From assembly GCA_018692915.1 (NCBI GenBank), contig JABHLG010000013.1:7993-71992 (forward strand): a stretch of 64,000 bases of DNA, in the 5' to 3' direction. How positions within the stretch are numbered: position 1 is the first letter of the stretch; each line of letters starts with the position of its first letter. Shown here piece after piece: positions 9,156-18,088 of the stretch. The notes beneath the pieces are model-generated. The model did no database searches, was not told where the DNA came from, and saw only the letters and a list, made by a program, of their open reading frames with translations. This DNA is from Candidatus Woesearchaeota archaeon. GTDB lineage: Archaea > Nanobdellota > Nanobdellia > UBA10117 > JABICX01. The translations under genes were made by a program, and so were the position numbers.

Positions 9156-9160
9156 AATAA

Positions 9161-9577
9161 TTAAACATCAACTATGCATTGAGCAATAAACTTTCCTGCT
9201 TTCTTTTCAACTTTGGCTTGGCTTAATGTAGCTGCTTTTACTTCAGTTCTAACTTCGGTCTTTGCAGTAATTGGTGAGCCCCAAGCAATTGCGCTTAAAG
9301 CTAGCATTCCATCTGTTGAAATTGTGACTTTAAATTTTGACAAAAACATCTGCTCTGCGTCTGCTTCACCCAAAGCCTGATTAAGAAAATTAATTAAAAG
9401 TTCAACTTCATTCTCAGCAGTCACTTCAAACTCTATTTTCTTTGTAGGTTTTATCTTTTTGATATTAGTCATAACCTCAAACATCGCTTTTGCAGATTCT
9501 TCAAAAGATTCTGCTAAAGTCTTACCTGTTCCTTTTACTCCAATATCTGCTCTATGTTCGAAGTGGCTAAATGTCAT
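9161..9577 (-). CDS. archease (RtcB activator)
   Basis: MTFSHFEHRADIGVKGTGKTLAESFEE... N-terminus typical of archease, 138 aa. Confidence 0.8.
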   Translation of the reverse strand: MTFSHFEHRADIGVKGTGKTLAESFEESAKAMFEVMTNIKKIKPTKKIEFEVTAENEVELLINFLNQALGEADAEQMFLSKFKVTISTDGMLALSAIAWGSPITAKTEVRTEVKAATLSQAKVEKKAGKFIAQCIVDV

Positions 9578-9650
9578 ATTATTTAAGAGAAATTTAGGTT
9601 TATATCCTTTTCCAAACGAATTCTTATAACGATTTCAAGATTTTTAATTA

Positions 9651-11291
9651 ATGCCACCTAGATTTATATTTGTAATTGGAGGAGTTATTTCAGGTCTTGG
9701 TAAGGGTATTACAACCGCATCAATAGGTAAATTACTCCAATATCAAGGATATTCAGTCACTGCAATTAAGATTGATCCGTATTTAAACCAAGATGCAGGG
9801 ACTATGCGACCAACAGAACATGGTGAAGTATGGGTAACTGAAGATGGTGGTGAAATTGATCAAGACCTAGGAAATTATGAAAGATTTCTTGGTATTGAAC
9901 TTCATAAAAACCATAATATAACTAGTGGCAGAGTATATTGGTCGATTCTAACAAAAGAGCGCAGAGGCGATTTCTTAGGTAAAACTATTCAGCCAATCCC
10001 ACAAGTAACTAATGAAATTAAGAAAATGATAACAGATATAGCAAAAGAAGATAATGCTGATTTTGTATTAATTGAAATTGGTGGGCAAGTTGGAGATTAT
10101 GAAAATGTTTTATTTTTAGAAGCTGCGCGCCAGATGAAAACGGATTTTCCAGTTATGTATATATTAGTTGGTTATCTTCCAATCCCAAAACACTTGGGTG
10201 AAATGAAAACAAAACCAATTCAACATGCAATTAATGCGCTTGGTCAGCATAATATTTTGCCAGATTTAGTTGTATGCAGAGCTGAAAAAATTGTTGATGA
10301 TGTAAGAAGAACAAAAATCGCTCAGTCTTGCGGTATTAAAAGATCATGTGTTATCTCAAATCCCGATGTTGATAATATTTATAAAATTCCACTTATTCTT
10401 GATGACCAGAATGTTTGTCAAAATATTTTAGAATCTTTTGGATTAAAATATAACAAACACTGTGAGGGATTAAAAAACTGGAGAGCGTTTATTCAAAATA
10501 TAAATAAGAATACTAAAGTTAAAGTAGGTATAATTGGAAAATATTTTGATATTGGTGATTTTAATTTAGTTGACTCATATATTTCAGTTATTGAGGCTGT
10601 AAAACATGCTGCTTGGAATAATAATTGTTTTGCAGAAATTATATGGATTGATTCAAAAAAATATGAGGATGATCCAAAGTCAATAAAAGAACTTGATAAT
10701 ATGGATTGTATAATTGTTCCGGGTGGTTTTGGAAAATCTGGAATTGAAGGTAAGATATCAACTGCTAAATACTGTAGAGAAAACAATATACCTTACTTAG
10801 GTCTTTGTCTTGGGTTACAGATAAGTGTTATTGAATTTGCGCGTAATGTATGCAATCTTAAAAATGCAAACTCTGAGGAATTTAATCCCGAAACAGCTCA
10901 TCCAGTTGTTGCTATAATTAATGAGCAAAAGAAAATCTTAAAAGAAAAAGGCTATGGTGCAACTATGCGACTGGGTGGCTGGCCAGCAATTCTAAAAAAA
11001 GGTACAAAAATATATCATCTTTATTCAAAACAAGAACAAATATCTGAGCGACATCGACACAGATATGAAATAAATCCTAAATATATTGAAACTTTAGAAA
11101 AATATGGTTTTGTGTTCTCAGGTCAGAATCCTGAAGCAAATATTATGGAATTTGGAGAAAATCCGAACTGTGATTATTTTGTAGGCACTCAAGCTCACCC
11201 TGAATTTAAATCTCGTCCAATGAAACCTGCACCGCTTTTTGATGGCTTAATCAAAGCTGCTCTAAATAAAACTCAGAAGAAATTAAGCTAA
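9651..11291 (+). CDS. pyrG: CTP synthase
   Basis: 546 aa with GGVISGLGKGI, a C-terminal glutamine amidotransferase domain, LGLCLGLQ and HRHRYE. Confidence 0.95.
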   Translation: MPPRFIFVIGGVISGLGKGITTASIGKLLQYQGYSVTAIKIDPYLNQDAGTMRPTEHGEVWVTEDGGEIDQDLGNYERFLGIELHKNHNITSGRVYWSILTKERRGDFLGKTIQPIPQVTNEIKKMITDIAKEDNADFVLIEIGGQVGDYENVLFLEAARQMKTDFPVMYILVGYLPIPKHLGEMKTKPIQHAINALGQHNILPDLVVCRAEKIVDDVRRTKIAQSCGIKRSCVISNPDVDNIYKIPLILDDQNVCQNILESFGLKYNKHCEGLKNWRAFIQNINKNTKVKVGIIGKYFDIGDFNLVDSYISVIEAVKHAAWNNNCFAEIIWIDSKKYEDDPKSIKELDNMDCIIVPGGFGKSGIEGKISTAKYCRENNIPYLGLCLGLQISVIEFARNVCNLKNANSEEFNPETAHPVVAIINEQKKILKEKGYGATMRLGGWPAILKKGTKIYHLYSKQEQISERHRHRYEINPKYIETLEKYGFVFSGQNPEANIMEFGENPNCDYFVGTQAHPEFKSRPMKPAPLFDGLIKAALNKTQKKLS

Positions 11292-12326
11292 TTTCCAAAT
11301 TCTTTTCTTGAATTCTTCATAATCTTTTTCACGGACAGCTCCACCTGCAGCAGGTCTATGCCCCCCTGCATTTGCGCCTTTAAGGCCTTTAACGGCTTTT
11401 TCAAGTAAGTCGTTAACTGCTCGCTTAGAAGTATGATTACGTGCATTAATTGATACCCATCCATTTTGACGCCGAGTTATTAAGATTGTATCATTTGGAT
11501 GTGCGATTGCGATTAACGTAGATACTGTTGAACCAATTCTACCTGAAGGGTCTATCTCATATATCCAAGTATCTTTCTTATGCTCTGCTTTTTCTTCAAA
11601 CTTACTAATCCAAAACTCAATCTCATTTTTAAGTTCATTATATAATTTACTAAAATTGGATTTTAAAATATCTTGATACTTCTTTGCTTCAAGAACAACT
11701 TCTAATGCTCGCTCAACTTGTGGTGGCTCAATTTGTTTTCCTGCATCAATAATACATCCTGCATTAATCAATTCTTTTTTTGATGTTTTATATTTCTTGT
11801 AAACTTTATTCAAAAAAGTCTGCCATTTATCATCAGTAATATCTGTTAATGTGCCTATCGCAGCTAGCCAATCAAATTCTGAAACATCTGTAACTTCTGA
11901 AAATAAGTCAAATGCCATCTTAGAAGTGCAATAATCTGACCCATCTAAATCTTTCCTTAAGTATTGCGCTTTTATAAAAATAATTTTATCTGAATTCAAA
12001 TCTTTGTATATTTTATGATGGTCAACAACCAAAATTGCATCAAATAATGATGTATTTTCTGTAAAATCAGAATACTGATCTGCAGAAAAGTCTAGGAAAA
12101 TAATTTTATTTATACCTTCGTCTTTTAATCCTTTTAATCTTGCAGGATTAAAATTACTATGGCTACAAGGGATGTATCGCTCTACTTTATGTCCTAATTT
12201 TTCTAAAGATTTAATTGTAATTGTTGCCGAGCAAATGCCATCAGAATCTGAATCATAAAAGATTGCTATATGGTCTTTTGAATTTAGTTCCTTTACAAAT
12301 TTTGAGAACTGAACTTTGGGTTTCAT
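11283..12326 (-). CDS. DHH/DHHA1 phosphoesterase (RecJ/NrnA-like)
   Basis: DSDSDGICSA, VVDHH and GGHRPAAGG motifs. Confidence 0.7.
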   Translation of the reverse strand: MKPKVQFSKFVKELNSKDHIAIFYDSDSDGICSATITIKSLEKLGHKVERYIPCSHSNFNPARLKGLKDEGINKIIFLDFSADQYSDFTENTSLFDAILVVDHHKIYKDLNSDKIIFIKAQYLRKDLDGSDYCTSKMAFDLFSEVTDVSEFDWLAAIGTLTDITDDKWQTFLNKVYKKYKTSKKELINAGCIIDAGKQIEPPQVERALEVVLEAKKYQDILKSNFSKLYNELKNEIEFWISKFEEKAEHKKDTWIYEIDPSGRIGSTVSTLIAIAHPNDTILITRRQNGWVSINARNHTSKRAVNDLLEKAVKGLKGANAGGHRPAAGGAVREKDYEEFKKRIWKLA

Positions 12327-12403
12327 TTTTATATGTAATACAATCTTTTTTAAGAATTGCGAATTTTGGAAAACCTATTTATTTAACCATATACTTAATT
12401 AAT

Positions 12404-13177
12404 ATGGTCTTAGAAGCAATTATATCTCCAAGCAAAGTTGAGCAGAATATCTTATGGGCCATACCTCTTGGTTTTATGTTATCAGTAGTAGGATTAGCAA
12501 TTGGTTTGTTTCTCTTTCCAAAAGATGCAAGCTTAGTAGGTATTTTATTTACAACGCTTGCAGGAGTTCCATTTTTACGAGGAATTCTAACAATTGAAGA
12601 AGTTAAAGATGAAAAGATACATGCAATAATTCAATTCTTAAGGCGAAACAAACGAGTTATTAAAATATACTTCATGTTTTTCTTAGGTGTAACTTTAAGT
12701 TATATTGTTTTATATTTTATTTTACCTACAGATATTGTAGCACAAATGTTTAGCAAGCAAATTTCAATATTCCCTGGTGCAACACCCACAGGTATGTTTT
12801 TAGGTAACGCATTATTTCAACGGATTGTAATTAATAATCTCAAGATAGCACTTATTGCACTTATTCTTTCATTTCTTTATGGTGCTGGAGCAATTATGAT
12901 TCTTACATGGAACGCATCTGCTTTAGCTATTTTCTTAGTTTCTTTGCGAAGTTTCAGAGCTATTGCATTTACACTTCCTCATGCACTTCTTGAATTTTCT
13001 GGATTTTTCATAGCAGCAGTTGCAGGTGGTCTGATTTCAATAGCTGCAGAAAGAGATAAATTATATAGCAAAAATTTTCAAGATATTCTCACAGACGGTC
13101 TTCTTTTCTTCTTAGTAGCTGTTCTAGTTATTGTTATTGCTGCTGTTGTCGAAGTCACAATTGGTGTTCTAGCTTAA
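12404..13177 (+). CDS. SpoIIM-like (DUF95) integral membrane protein
   Basis: Multi-TM protein with LPHALLEFSGFFIAAVAGG. Start trimmed to ATG 12404 because the track ORF overlaps the DHH gene. Confidence 0.5.
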   Translation: MVLEAIISPSKVEQNILWAIPLGFMLSVVGLAIGLFLFPKDASLVGILFTTLAGVPFLRGILTIEEVKDEKIHAIIQFLRRNKRVIKIYFMFFLGVTLSYIVLYFILPTDIVAQMFSKQISIFPGATPTGMFLGNALFQRIVINNLKIALIALILSFLYGAGAIMILTWNASALAIFLVSLRSFRAIAFTLPHALLEFSGFFIAAVAGGLISIAAERDKLYSKNFQDILTDGLLFFLVAVLVIVIAAVVEVTIGVLA

Positions 13178-14278
13178 ATCTGAGATTATTAATTGATAAC
13201 CTTCATATCCTAATTTAGGTTTATAATTTCCTTCGCGGTATTGTTCTTCATCCACTAAAGAGTATCCATTATCATCACCAACATAATCGTAAACACTTAC
13301 ACCAATAGCACCTGCATTATATGCTTCAAAGACATTTGAATAAATATACTCGCGCTGAAGTTCTTCATTTACCCATTGATCACATTCTTCAATTCCTTGT
13401 TCACAGTTTTGCCAATTATTAATTATTCCACCACCTTCGCGCCTTACTAAACATTGGCAAGTAGATGCTCCAGTTTCAGTAACCCAAACAGGTAAACTGC
13501 TAAATTCTATTGTTTTTTGCACAGAAGCAAGAATATAATTACTTTGTGGACCTGCACCAACTCCTACAGGATAAACTTGAATTCCAACCCAATCAGAATC
13601 ATACTTTATTGCATCTAAGAAATTATCCCATGTAGCAACATCTGTATCTAGATCATCAAAAGCTAAACGTGTTCCAACTTTAGCATCAGAGTCACCACGT
13701 TTAACTGCAGCAGATATGTTTTTGTATAATTCAACTTTTTCCAAATCAATATAATTTGGATCGTCTTCAGGATTATTCCAATGAAGTGGATTCATTTCAT
13801 TTCCAATCATCCAATAATCAATATCATAATGCTTAGCAGCTTCTTCTGCAAACTCTTCAAGCTCAGCAATAAATTCTTCATCAGTTTCTTCATAATCAGA
13901 TAACCAATTCGGACTACCTCTCCAACTATCCCACCAATTTATAAGAATCGCTTTAGGGGGCATATTATACTTAGTATAAATTTCTAAGTCTTTATCAGGA
14001 ATACTAAAATCATAAATATCATTTTCATGCTCAACTTCTGCCCAAAAAAGATGAACGGTGAGATGATTTACACCTAATTCACTTATTTTTTCTATATCTT
14101 CTTCTTGCATAGGTATTTGATAAACGATATCAAAAATAAATTCTTCATCTTCGGAAACTTCTTCTAAATCATCTTGCTGAGCCATTGAAAAATATGAAAG
14201 ATTATTCATCCCAAAAAATCCAATTAATAATATTCCAATAAGAGCAATTATAATAATTACTGACTTAGAATATTTCAT
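13169..14278 (-). CDS. secreted TIM-barrel glycoside hydrolase-like protein (clan GH-A-like)
   Basis: N-terminal TM/signal segment. IGNEMNP and VWVTETG look like the acid/base and nucleophile motifs. Confidence 0.4.
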   Translation of the reverse strand: MKYSKSVIIIIALIGILLIGFFGMNNLSYFSMAQQDDLEEVSEDEEFIFDIVYQIPMQEEDIEKISELGVNHLTVHLFWAEVEHENDIYDFSIPDKDLEIYTKYNMPPKAILINWWDSWRGSPNWLSDYEETDEEFIAELEEFAEEAAKHYDIDYWMIGNEMNPLHWNNPEDDPNYIDLEKVELYKNISAAVKRGDSDAKVGTRLAFDDLDTDVATWDNFLDAIKYDSDWVGIQVYPVGVGAGPQSNYILASVQKTIEFSSLPVWVTETGASTCQCLVRREGGGIINNWQNCEQGIEECDQWVNEELQREYIYSNVFEAYNAGAIGVSVYDYVGDDNGYSLVDEEQYREGNYKPKLGYEGYQLIISDLS

Positions 14279-14312
14279 ATTTTAATTATATTTCAAGATA
14301 TATATAATTTTA

Positions 14313-14330
14313 GAAAAGCTATTTAAATTA
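14313..14330 (+). promoter_or_regulatory. BRE/TATA-like promoter (gaaaagctatttaaatta)
   Basis: Purine-rich BRE followed by a TATA-like box about 25 nt upstream of position 14350. That position is the displaced 5' copy of tRNA-Ser, not the mature 5' end. Confidence 0.45.
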
Positions 14331-14349
14331 AATACCGAACTTTTAATCA

Positions 14350-14412
14350 CGTCGGGGCAGAGCTTAAAACGTAATGCGTTTTAGCTGGTCCCAACTCGTA
14401 AACTCGTCGGGG
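14350..14412. repeat. Terminus-duplication locus at the tRNA-Ser 5' end (E-type element)
   Basis: cgtcgggg (14350-14357), then a 47-nt hairpin element cagagcttaaaacgtaatgcgttttagctgg... (14358-14404), then cgtcgggg (14405-14412, the acceptor stem). Confidence 0.7.
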
Positions 14413-14489
14413 TGGCGCAATCTGGTACCGCGCAGCCCTGGAAAGGCTGTTTCCTCACGGATATCTGGGTTCAAATCCCAGTCCCGACG
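14406..14489 (+). tRNA. tRNA-Ser(GGA), class II, no internal intron
   Basis: Hand fold. Acceptor gtcgggg/tcccgac, anticodon stem cagcc/ggctg, loop ctGGAaa. Long variable arm and T arm ctggg-ttcaaat-cccag. Confidence 0.85.
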
Positions 14490-14493
14490 CTTA

Positions 14494-14510
14494 GAAAAGC
14501 TTTATAAATC
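14494..14510 (+). promoter_or_regulatory. BRE/TATA-like promoter (gaaaagctttataaatc) for rpl37ae
   Basis: Same motif as at 14313. The TATA box lies about 26 nt upstream of ATG 14530, which implies a leaderless mRNA. Confidence 0.45.
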
Positions 14511-14529
14511 CACTTCATAGATTAAAATA

Positions 14530-14745
14530 ATGGCACTTAAAAAACTAGGATCAGCAGGTCGTTTTGGATCAAGGTATGGTAGAAAGATTCGTCAGAAAGT
14601 TATAGCTGTTGAAAAAGTATTATATGGCAAGCACAAGTGTCCATACTGTAAAAAAAATGGAGTAAAAAGAGTATCTAATGGTATATGGTATTGCAATAAA
14701 TGTAATTCAAAATATGCTGGAAAGGCTTATGATAATAAATTATAA
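14530..14745 (+). CDS. rpl37ae: 50S ribosomal protein eL43 (L37Ae)
   Basis: GSAGRFGSRYG..., CPYC...CNKC zinc ribbon, 71 aa. Confidence 0.85.
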   Translation: MALKKLGSAGRFGSRYGRKIRQKVIAVEKVLYGKHKCPYCKKNGVKRVSNGIWYCNKCNSKYAGKAYDNKL

Positions 14746-14882
14746 TGGCATATAAATGTTTTAATTGTCAAAGAGAAATCGATGCTAAAAATGTTGAAAG
14801 AAGAGTAATTTGTCCATATTGTGGTTCAAGAATAATTTCAAAATCAAGACCTCCTGTAATAAAAAAAGTTAAAGCGAGGTAA
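14745..14882 (+). CDS. rpoP: DNA-directed RNA polymerase subunit P (Rpo12)
   Basis: Own translation gives MAYKCFNCQREIDAKNVERRVICPYCGSRIISKSRPPVIKKVKAR, 45 aa with CxxC...CxxC. TAATG overlap with rpl37ae. Too short for the ORF track. Confidence 0.7.
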   Translation: MAYKCFNCQREIDAKNVERRVICPYCGSRIISKSRPPVIKKVKAR

Positions 14883-14886
14883 TCTT

Positions 14887-15120
14887 ATGATAACATCCAC
14901 AATTAAAATTGCTGGTGAAAAAGCACTTTTAGATGCGTGCGTTGCTGCGCTTGAACCCGAACAACAATTCAAAACTAAGCGAGCAAATTATTCGCTCAAA
15001 AAAAGTAAGGACTTAATAATCACTGTGGAAGCACAAGACATAACTGCATTCCGTGCAGTTATTAATTCAATAACAGGTTTACTTGGAATTGTAAACCAAA
15101 ATTGGGAGAAAATACAATGA
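14887..15120 (+). CDS. KEOPS subunit Pcc1-like protein
   Basis: 77 aa with ..LIITVEAQDITAFRAVINSITGLLGIV, matching the Pcc1/CTAG pattern. Sits in the usual rpl37ae-rpoP-pfdB neighbourhood. Confidence 0.55.
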   Translation: MITSTIKIAGEKALLDACVAALEPEQQFKTKRANYSLKKSKDLIITVEAQDITAFRAVINSITGLLGIVNQNWEKIQ

Positions 15121-15446
15121 CTAAAGAAGCAGAAATTCAAGAAAAGATAATGCAAATGCAATCACTTCAGCAAAGACTTCAGGTTTTCGCTGCACAAAAA
15201 CAACAATTTCAGTTACAACAAATTGAAATTGAAAACGCACTTAAAGAAGTTTCTAAAACAAAAAAACCAGTTTATTCTTTAGTTGGTGAAATTATGATTG
15301 AAAAAACAGTTTCTTCTATCAAAAAAGACCTTGAAATAAAAAAGAAAGAAATTGATATCAAAGTTAAAAACATAGAGATTCAAGAAAAGAAAACACGAAA
15401 AAGTGCGGATGAATTACAAAAAGAAGTTACTAAAGTATTGAAATGA
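15117..15446 (+). CDS. pfdB: prefoldin subunit beta
   Basis: Coiled-coil / beta-hairpin / coiled-coil layout (..KPVYSLVGEIMIEKT..). ATG at 15117. Confidence 0.75.
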   Translation: MTKEAEIQEKIMQMQSLQQRLQVFAAQKQQFQLQQIEIENALKEVSKTKKPVYSLVGEIMIEKTVSSIKKDLEIKKKEIDIKVKNIEIQEKKTRKSADELQKEVTKVLK

Positions 15447-15697
15447 GTAATATAAATGAAGTTGTTGAAGTAGTAAAAGAACTATGTACTGAGAAATCAA
15501 TACCTAAAAACGTACGCTCAGTCCTTGAAGAAATACAAGAACTTCTATTAGATAATCACAAAGAACTTGCTGTAAAAGTAAATTCTGCAAGCCAAATGAT
15601 TGAAAATATTTCATTAGACCCAAATATTAGCTCATTTGCACGAACCCAAATATGGGAATTATCCTCAATTTTAGAAGATTTAATTGACAATAATTAA
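15443..15697 (+). CDS. UPF0147 family protein
   Basis: IPKNVRSVLEEI...ISLDPNISSFARTQIWELSSILE matches the archaeal UPF0147 pattern. Confidence 0.6.
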   Translation: MSNINEVVEVVKELCTEKSIPKNVRSVLEEIQELLLDNHKELAVKVNSASQMIENISLDPNISSFARTQIWELSSILEDLIDNN

Positions 15698-15799
15698 ATC
15701 AAATTAAGAAACATTTATATCTACCTATCTATTTTAGTATATTAATTGTTTTAAACCCAAAACAATAAGCATAAACATCATAATTAAGGTGAAATAATA

Positions 15800-16204
15800 A
15801 TGGCAATATTCGATAAAATAGGTTCTGTTTTCAAGAGAGACAGTGGCGATATAGAAATTTCAGATGATTATGTTGAATTAGAAGCAGATGTAACTGGCTC
15901 AAAATCAAAAATTACAATCCGACCATTTACATTAGACAGCTTTGACAGCATAAAACCAATTCTTGACGCACTAAGAGAAGGATATACAATAGCTTTAATC
16001 AACATGGCTCCACTACGTGAGAAAGACCAAGTGACTCTAAAACGTGCAATTGATAAAATCAAGAAAACTCTTGATGCAAATGAAGGCGATATTGCAGGTG
16101 TAGGGGATAATTGGTTAATTGCAACACCAAGTTTTGCAAGCGTTTATCGTGGCGGACACAACGAAGGACCAGAAGAACAACAAAGCACTGAAGTCTACGA
16201 TTAA
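15800..16204 (+). CDS. sepF: cell division protein SepF-like
   Basis: ITIRPFTLDSFDSIKPILDALREGYTIALINM...IAGVGDNWLIATP (DUF552 core). Confidence 0.7.
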   Translation: MAIFDKIGSVFKRDSGDIEISDDYVELEADVTGSKSKITIRPFTLDSFDSIKPILDALREGYTIALINMAPLREKDQVTLKRAIDKIKKTLDANEGDIAGVGDNWLIATPSFASVYRGGHNEGPEEQQSTEVYD

Positions 16205-16279
16205 TCTTTCTTTTTTATTTATTTTTTAGTTAATTTTAAATACAACTATCTATATACTTTATAGAATAGGTGATGTTTA

Positions 16280-16432
16280 ATGATAAATCCTGAAGAGTTA
16301 ATAATTTATGCTGCAATTCTTGGTCTATTACTTGGAATTATATGGGCACTGAAATACATAGTTATAATCGACCGTAAGATAGAAAAAATGGATGAGAAAA
16401 TCGAGCGCATGCTTAACCGAATCAAGAAATAG
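16280..16432 (+). CDS. small single-TM protein (50 aa)
   Basis: Own translation gives MINPEELIIYAAILGLLLGIIWALKYIVIIDRKIEKMDEKIERMLNRIKK. Support is ORF-only. Confidence 0.3.
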   Translation: MINPEELIIYAAILGLLLGIIWALKYIVIIDRKIEKMDEKIERMLNRIKK

Positions 16433-16470
16433 ATTTCTTTTTAACTTCTAATTTTTCTTAATTATATATT

Positions 16471-17247
16471 ATGAAATATATATTCAAACTATCTGGAGAG
16501 AATTATAATCTAGCAAAGTTTGAATTAGAAACTTTACTTAACAAAAAGCTGAAACGAAACAAAGATTCTGTTTCAATTGATTTGCCATTATCTACTGAGC
16601 AAATTAATAAAATTTGCAATCGCTCTGCAATGATTCAGAAATGCTACACTAATAACTTAAAAATTTGGGCAGCTAAATCAGACAAACGATTTGTTGCGAG
16701 GGTGCCGAAAAAGAAACCTAAACAACATCCTGCAATGCTCAAACCAAAGATGGCGCGTTTACTTGTAAATCTCACTAACGCTAAAAAACAGATTCTAGAT
16801 CCCTTTTGTGGAACTGGTTCAATTTTAATTGAAGCGGGAATTCTTGGTCTAAAACCTATTGGCTCAGATATTGATAGTAAAATGATCGAATACTCAAAGA
16901 TCAATACCAAACAATTCAAAGTTAAATCGGAACTAAAACAACTTGATGCAACTCAACTAGAAACTAATTTTAAAAATATTGAAGCAATTGCATGCGACCC
17001 ACCATACGGTATAAGTTCTACTCTTGCTGGAAAGAAAATGCAAGATTTATATCCAGACTTTCTAACAAGTGCAAATAAAATTCTAAAAAAAGGTTCTCGC
17101 TTAGTAATGGTTCGACCACATTATCTAAAACTTGGAGTCAACAAAGACTGGAAAAAACTAGGAGAATTTGACTGGTATATGCACAAAGGACTTACTAGAA
17201 AAATATTAGTACTTGAAAAAAGAAGTGCTACGAGCAATGCGAAGTAG
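16471..17247 (+). CDS. SAM-dependent RNA methyltransferase (Trm11/UPF0020-like, N2-guanine type)
   Basis: DPFCGTGSILIEAG (motif I) and ACDPPYG (motif IV). The last 7 codons (SATSNAK) read into an inserted element. Confidence 0.6.
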   Translation: MKYIFKLSGENYNLAKFELETLLNKKLKRNKDSVSIDLPLSTEQINKICNRSAMIQKCYTNNLKIWAAKSDKRFVARVPKKKPKQHPAMLKPKMARLLVNLTNAKKQILDPFCGTGSILIEAGILGLKPIGSDIDSKMIEYSKINTKQFKVKSELKQLDATQLETNFKNIEAIACDPPYGISSTLAGKKMQDLYPDFLTSANKILKKGSRLVMVRPHYLKLGVNKDWKKLGEFDWYMHKGLTRKILVLEKRSATSNAK

Positions 17248-17335
17248 TGTGCTTTTGCCAGCTTTTTCACTAAAAAGCTGTGTGTATATGCACAAAGGAC
17301 TCACTCGGAAGATTTTAGTATTAGAAAAGAGGTAA
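17175..17335. repeat. Terminus-duplication locus at the methyltransferase 3' end (B-type element)
   Basis: Copy 1 is 17175-17223 (YMHKGLTRKILVLEKR). The element is 17224-17283 and contains hairpin agctttttcactaaaaagct. Copy 2 is 17284-17335 (YMHKGLTRKILVLEKR*). Confidence 0.85.
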
Positions 17336-17340
17336 ATAAA

Positions 17341-18075
17341 ATGTTAGTAGATACTCATTGTCATATAGATTTATGTAAAGCAGCTGTTCAGGAAGTAGTT
17401 TCTGGAGATATAATAATTATATCAAATGGCACAGATTTGCAAAGTAATAAAAAAGTTCTGGAATATGCAAAGATTTTTCCAAATGTTAGAGCTGCGCTAG
17501 GTCTTTATCCCACAGAGGCACTAAAACTCTCACCAAAAGCACTAAAAGAAGTTTTTCAGTTCATTGAGGATAATAAAAATAAAATCGTGGCTGTTGGTGA
17601 AGTTGGTATTGATTTTTATCATATAACTGATCTAAAAGAACAGAAAAAAGAAATTGAAGTATTTAAGCAAATTATAGATTTAGCAAATAAAATCAATAAA
17701 CCATTAATTGTTCATTCTAGAAAAGCTTCTGAAAAAGCACTATCTCTTCTGAAAAAAGCTAAAGTTCCTGTTGTAATGCACTGTTTTGAGGGAAATTCTA
17801 CTCAAACACATGAAGCTCTTGAACGAGGGTATTATTTTACAGTTCCAGCAAACTTCTGGACGCGAAAAGGATTCAAAAAAACCGCGCAAAGAGTTCCAAT
17901 TGATAAAATTTTAACTGAAACAGACTCACCATTTCTTTCTCCAATTGAAGGGGAAAACAAACCAGCAAATGTCCGTTATGCTGTAAAAAAACTAGCAGAA
18001 ATAAAACAAATTCATGAAAGCAAAGTTGAAACGCAAATATACCAAAATTTTAAGAAAATGTTTATTAAAGAGTAA
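17341..18075 (+). CDS. TatD family metal-dependent hydrolase
   Basis: MLVDTHCHID..., VGEVGIDFYH, LIVHSR, TETDSPFL. Confidence 0.85.
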   Translation: MLVDTHCHIDLCKAAVQEVVSGDIIIISNGTDLQSNKKVLEYAKIFPNVRAALGLYPTEALKLSPKALKEVFQFIEDNKNKIVAVGEVGIDFYHITDLKEQKKEIEVFKQIIDLANKINKPLIVHSRKASEKALSLLKKAKVPVVMHCFEGNSTQTHEALERGYYFTVPANFWTRKGFKKTAQRVPIDKILTETDSPFLSPIEGENKPANVRYAVKKLAEIKQIHESKVETQIYQNFKKMFIKE

Positions 18076-18088
18076 GTATATGTAAAAT

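Noticed and set aside
12221-12403. Long N-terminal extension of the SpoIIM-like ORF
   Set aside because: The extension overlaps the DHH phosphoesterase gene on the opposite strand. The membrane domain begins at ATG 12404.
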